Shown one piece after another: positions 60,101 to 64,000 of a stretch of DNA of 64,000 nt. The notes beneath the pieces are model-generated. The model was not told the DNA's origin, ran no database searches, and saw only the letters and a program-made list of their open reading frames with translations. Source of the DNA: Bilabrum cf. latius (taxonomy: Eukaryota); contig OZ237742.1 of the NCBI GenBank assembly GCA_965178125.1, forward strand, positions 620,001-684,000. Direction: 5' to 3'. Position 1 is the first letter of the stretch, and each line of letters opens with the position of its first letter. Made by a program: the position numbers and the translations under genes.

Positions 60101-63100
60101 CAGGGTGACCTCGTGTTTCTAGACCTGACACCTCACCACTTGCTGATATGGCCTCGCTGCTGGCATCCAGCATCTGTGCAACCCGTGCTGATAGGGCTAT
60201 CGCGGCAGGGTCTTGCTAATCAGCAGTTGCGGGGTCGCTCGCTGGCCGGTTACTACACTCTTGCTCCCGCAAGCGCTCCAGCAGACTGGCAACGCCAGAG
60301 CGAACTTCATCCCGGATCAGGCGCCCTCTGAGCTGGCCAGGACCGGAGAGGAGATGCAGCGCTGTCTGAGGTGCCCTGGCCTCGATAGCAAGCCGGGCCG
60401 CCTGCACTGTTCCCCCCAGATCGTGGAGCAAGCTGCGGACCACATCGTGCTGTCCAAGCCACGCGGCTAGCATGAGGGGAGTGTACCGTTCGCGATTGGT
60501 GCCGCGACCGGGATCCGCTTCTAGGATGCAGGAAGGCCCAAGCAGTTTGCTCCACGACACGCAGGCCAGCGTGCCGGCCTTGGACCCCTCATGGAAGGGT
60601 GTCCAGCCCTCCTAATCGCCCATTGAGGCCACTCGGGCTACCTGATCGTGCGAGAGGCCGGCAAGCATCGCCATTGCGCACCTTTGGGCCATCATGATGG
60701 CGACCTTGTGTCCCCTGGCCACGTCGCGCTGCGATGGCGACATAGCAGCGAGTAGTTTGGCTTGCGGAGATTTCTCAACTGCGTCCAGTCGGCTGCCACC
60801 TGTCAGTCCGCGCCTTGACGTCTGCCCCATCGCGGGACTGGCACTCGGCGCCCCCCGAAAGGACGAGTACCCCGTACCCTTTCGCATTAGAGAAGGTTCC
60901 TTGCCCTTGGCTTCGCCCCCGTCTTTGTCGAACACGGATCGCCGGCTGCCAGCAGGCAGCGGGCCCATCGCAACCGATGCGTGAGACATGACCGAGGTGC
61001 GGCTGTCCCATTTCTGAAGCTGGCCTCTGCCACTGGCTTTCCTTCCGCTTCGTGTCCTCCCGAGACCGCGCGCGGCCCGCAGCATGATCGCCCCGCCCGG
61101 CATGGGGGCACTTCCGTCTGCCTGCCCACCAGGTCCCCCGCTGCCTCCGCCGCCAGCGGTGAGCCCAAGCCTTGCAGCTCGCTTGTGCTCCTGCGTGGCC
61201 AGCCGCTGAGACAACTCTCGCCTCTATCGCCTTCTGCTCGCGCGCACTTCTTCCCACTGCATCCTCGCTAGCGAGCTGGACAAGGCGTAGTGCAGCGGAT
61301 TCTTGCCAAAGCTTGACTTGACGGCACACCGAGCTCCGGCAGCTACTAGCAAAGCTACGCAGCGCGGGTGGGCAGCCCTGCAGGCCATGTGCAACGGGGT
61401 TAGCCTTTCAGTATTCTCCCGTGCATTTGGGTCTGCTCCCGCAGCGAGAAGAAGTGCAACCACCAGGGCATTTCCGGACGAGGCTGCGAAGTGGAGCGCG
61501 GTTTCACCTCCACCGACCTTGGAGTCGCATGCCGCCGGGTCCGCCACGACATCACTTGCTGCAAGCAGCTCGAGCGGGGCCGAAACGTGAGATGCCAGCG
61601 CCGGCTTGGGCTACACAATGAGCTGCTGCTAGTTGGGTGCCAGCGATGAAGCTGATCTTGCCTCCGTTTGAGGCGGGGCGGGGCTTGCAATAGATGGCGA
61701 GACTCCGGGCTAGATAGACGATGCGGTTGCAAGCTCCGGACTACGAGCACTTGGGGTCGCAACCAAGCCGATAGCATCAGTGGCACCGCTGAAGCTGGGC
61801 TTGCGACCCTTGCTGCCACCCGTGTCTGGGCTGCCAAAGACCGGCGTGCGCGGCTGCCTAAACCGGATGCCCCCAGTCCCTCCGTTCGTGGCGGACCCAG
61901 ACGGCACTCCACCCCGCTTCGGAGAGAACAGAGGTCCGCGGCGAGGTCCGTCTTCCACGAGCTCACGCAGCCACTTGCGCCTACCAGCCGCCGTCACCAC
62001 CTCTGGCCACCGCCGCCCCGTCAGCAAATCAGTGAGCAGCCTTCGGAAGTAGAACGGGTCTCGGTTCTTCTGCTACACCATGCTGACGCCACCAGCATGA
62101 GACCCGCGTCTGGCGGCGAAGGAGCGGCGGCGATGCTGGGAAGATCGGCGGCTGTGCGTGCTCTTCGCCTCACTCGCTCCTGACGCCTCACGGCCGCCCG
62201 TCGCATCGCCCTCAGCCTCGGTGTCTCTTGCAGCCTGCAGAGCAAGATGCAAGGAGACGCGCCGCTGAAGCTTCGGACGGGCAGACGAAGGCTCCTGGCC
62301 CTTCTCGTTGTTTCCAGACGCCTCTTCTTTGCTGTCTCGCATGGATGCACCGGCAGGCCCTCCACGAGTCCCCTGCCGCTCGACCGCAGATGCGCTACCC
62401 ATGGGGGTGCCCCCCGCCATGCTGTCCTGGTGGCCGGGAGGAGGGTTCACCGTTGAGTCGATTCCCAGCTCTGTCTTAATCTTGGCTTGCTCTTCCTCGT
62501 TGATGAAGCGCATGGATCTCCTCTTGGCTTTCTGCAGGATGCTGCGGCGACGAGCGGTGGATCGTCTGCGGGCACGCAGAACCGTGTCCTCCCGATCTCC
62601 GCCAATATCGTCCTCATCGCCATCAGCAACCGTAGCGTCGGGTTTGCGGCCTGCCAGCACGGAGGATCGCACGATGCTAGCGGTCGCAAGTGAGATGTCC
62701 GCTTCATCTGTGGCGAGAGCGTCGAGTACCACGGCGACACACCGAGCAGCGCGAACTTCAGAGGGTCGCAGCCACGTGGACGATGGAATCGCAGGGCACA
62801 TCCAAGACTCACCACTTGCATGGTGCGGCCCTGGTACAGCTGCCCGGCTGCCTGCACGGCTTCTGCCTGTCGCACCTGCTGCGCTCTGCCTCTCCGGGGC
62901 AGCTGTTGAACCAAGGATCGGCGGCGGCAGCAGCTGGAATGCCTTGGATCTGCTTGCGACTGTTGTGCCAGAGTGTCGCTTGCTGCCACGAGGACTAGAG
63001 GGGTGGGGACCCAAGCTCCCCGGCTCGAGCAGCTCCGCAGCTTCGTCTGCAGTGATACCACCTGCTCCGACCCCACTCCGACTTCGTGAAGACGCGCTGT

Positions 63101-64000
63101 CACCACTGACGCTGTTACCGTCCTAAGTGGACCTGCGAGGAGCCAATGGCGGGGCAAGGATCCCAGCATCCGTCGCGGATGCCGTGATTTCGGCTTCCAC
63201 GGCAGCACACCAGAGAGGCGGCTTGGGACCGAGCCCGTCCCCGCTGCCGGTCGCTTCTTCGTCCGAGTCATCTGCAGCGATTGCTGGCGCTGTGGGCCCA
63301 CCCAGGCATCTAGGCACTCCCTAGAACGCTTCTTTCTGCGGGTCAGTGCCCGCATAAATCTTGTTCATGAGCTTCAGCTTGCCACCCAGGATGGCGCTCC
63401 TGGACATACGGAAGCTGGTTCCAGAATCCCAGCCCGCGCGACTTGAAGTGGCGGTGCCGCCGCTGCCAAATGGCACGTTGCTCTCCCGATTTGCGTTCTT
63501 GCTGCCCGAGGCATGCGAGCCCCGCGAGGCACTGGAACCCCTTCGTTGCCGCACGGGTGGGCTCCCGATCCCACCCATTCGCGGATATTCCTGATCGCCG
63601 CCGCCGCCCCCGCCGCCGCTGCTGCCGAGCTAGGGGTTCTACGGCGACCGCCTGCGGAGAGCGGCACGAAGCAGTGCTCTCTTTGCCCTGTCTCGTTTGT
63701 CTGCCGATCCTTTGGACCTTGTGCTCTTGCCATCGCTGGACTTGGCTTTTGATTTGGACGGGCGCTGGTCCAGCTGCAGCCACGGCCGGCCAGACGACTC
63801 CACCGCGCCCCAGCCATGCGGCCCTGCCTCACCGTGAGTAAACACGTCTTCGTCTTCAAATTGAAGCCGGGCACCGTCTGGGCGTCTGGACATTCGGTAC
63901 GTGCAAAGCATGTGGAGCCCGTTCCAGCCAAGGGGCAATGCGCTTACCGATGGATCGGCGCCCCGGCGCAGCCAAAGCATGATACCGGTAGGATCTGCTC
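48108..64000 (-). CDS. Giant polycystin/TRP-type cation channel with ankyrin repeats, UBR-box-like zinc finger and two RyR repeats (PKDRR-like; >5,290 aa, starts beyond the window)
   Basis: One frame open from 63998 to TGA 48108 apart from about 49 TAG. Ankyrins (GETALHFAA, LTPLHMAC, YTPLMLAA, G[Q]TPLMLAA, GFNALHAA); RyR repeats (LARNSHTVW...GWRFGAKRDNSKKLHPLLRTF near 58.2-58.4 kb; LARNYHETW...LLRPFELL near 56.8-57.1 kb); CSF...[Q]HLVRC...CQACAVQCH...FCEC near 59.2-59.7 kb; channel TMs and pore IGS[Q]NEDYDTVGKAMLSLFQLGLG...LNLYIALIS near 50.7-53.2 kb. Confidence 0.87.

Noticed and set aside
1-64000. Pseudogene cluster or sequencing errors as the cause of fragmented ORFs
   Set aside because: Internal stops are exclusively TAG, there are no frameshifts, catalytic motifs are intact and housekeeping genes are affected; random decay would also give TAA/TGA and indels.
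1-64000. TAGs as acceptor ends of tiny introns
   Set aside because: There are no consistent GT donors upstream, conserved motifs run directly across the TAG with correct spacing, and the true introns here are 88-234 nt with clear GTRAG donors.
1-64000. Pyrrolysine, A-to-I editing (UAG to Trp) or U-to-C editing
   Set aside because: Aligned residues are Gln, not Trp, and the context is a eukaryotic nucleus with no pyl genes visible. U-to-C editing would be expected to also leave internal TAA/TGA; it is formally excluded only by RNA data.
1-64000. tRNA (including a suppressor tRNA-CUA), rRNA or eRF1 gene in the window
   Set aside because: None recognised by eye; the spacers are short and show no evident cloverleaf. 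A covariance-model scan would be needed to exclude this fully.

Overview
Gene-dense (~92% coding), GC-rich nuclear DNA from a eukaryotic protist, most likely a stramenopile (inferred from gene content; not proven). It has short GT-AG introns and mostly ~90-570 bp intergenic spacers. The main result is a non-standard nuclear genetic code. The fragmented ORF track collapses into 14 long genes once TAG is read as a sense codon. By manual count there are about 130 in-frame TAG codons in about 19,700 codons, with no internal TAA/TGA and no frameshifts, and all 14 genes end in TGA. Conserved columns (KIF-binding protein, UBR-box, polycystin pore helix, ankyrin, RyR repeat, HflX) and TAG inside CAG/CAA runs point to TAG = Gln. 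Genes in order: a >3,400-aa uncharacterised protein (5'-truncated), KIFBP, C9orf78/Tls1-like, a PH-tetraspanin fusion, a DUF6713-like membrane protein, a GH95-like fucosidase with ricin-type tail, a GT48 1,3-beta-glucan synthase, a SNM1/PSO2 nuclease, a BNR/sialidase-like protein, a coiled-coil protein, an HflX/GTPBP6 GTPase, a small secreted protein, V-ATPase subunit a, and a >5,200-aa ankyrin/UBR-box/RyR-repeat/polycystin-type channel (5'-truncated). The only anomalous spacer (43.5-45.0 kb) may hold a mobile-element relic. All domain calls come from motif recognition by eye; no searches were run.
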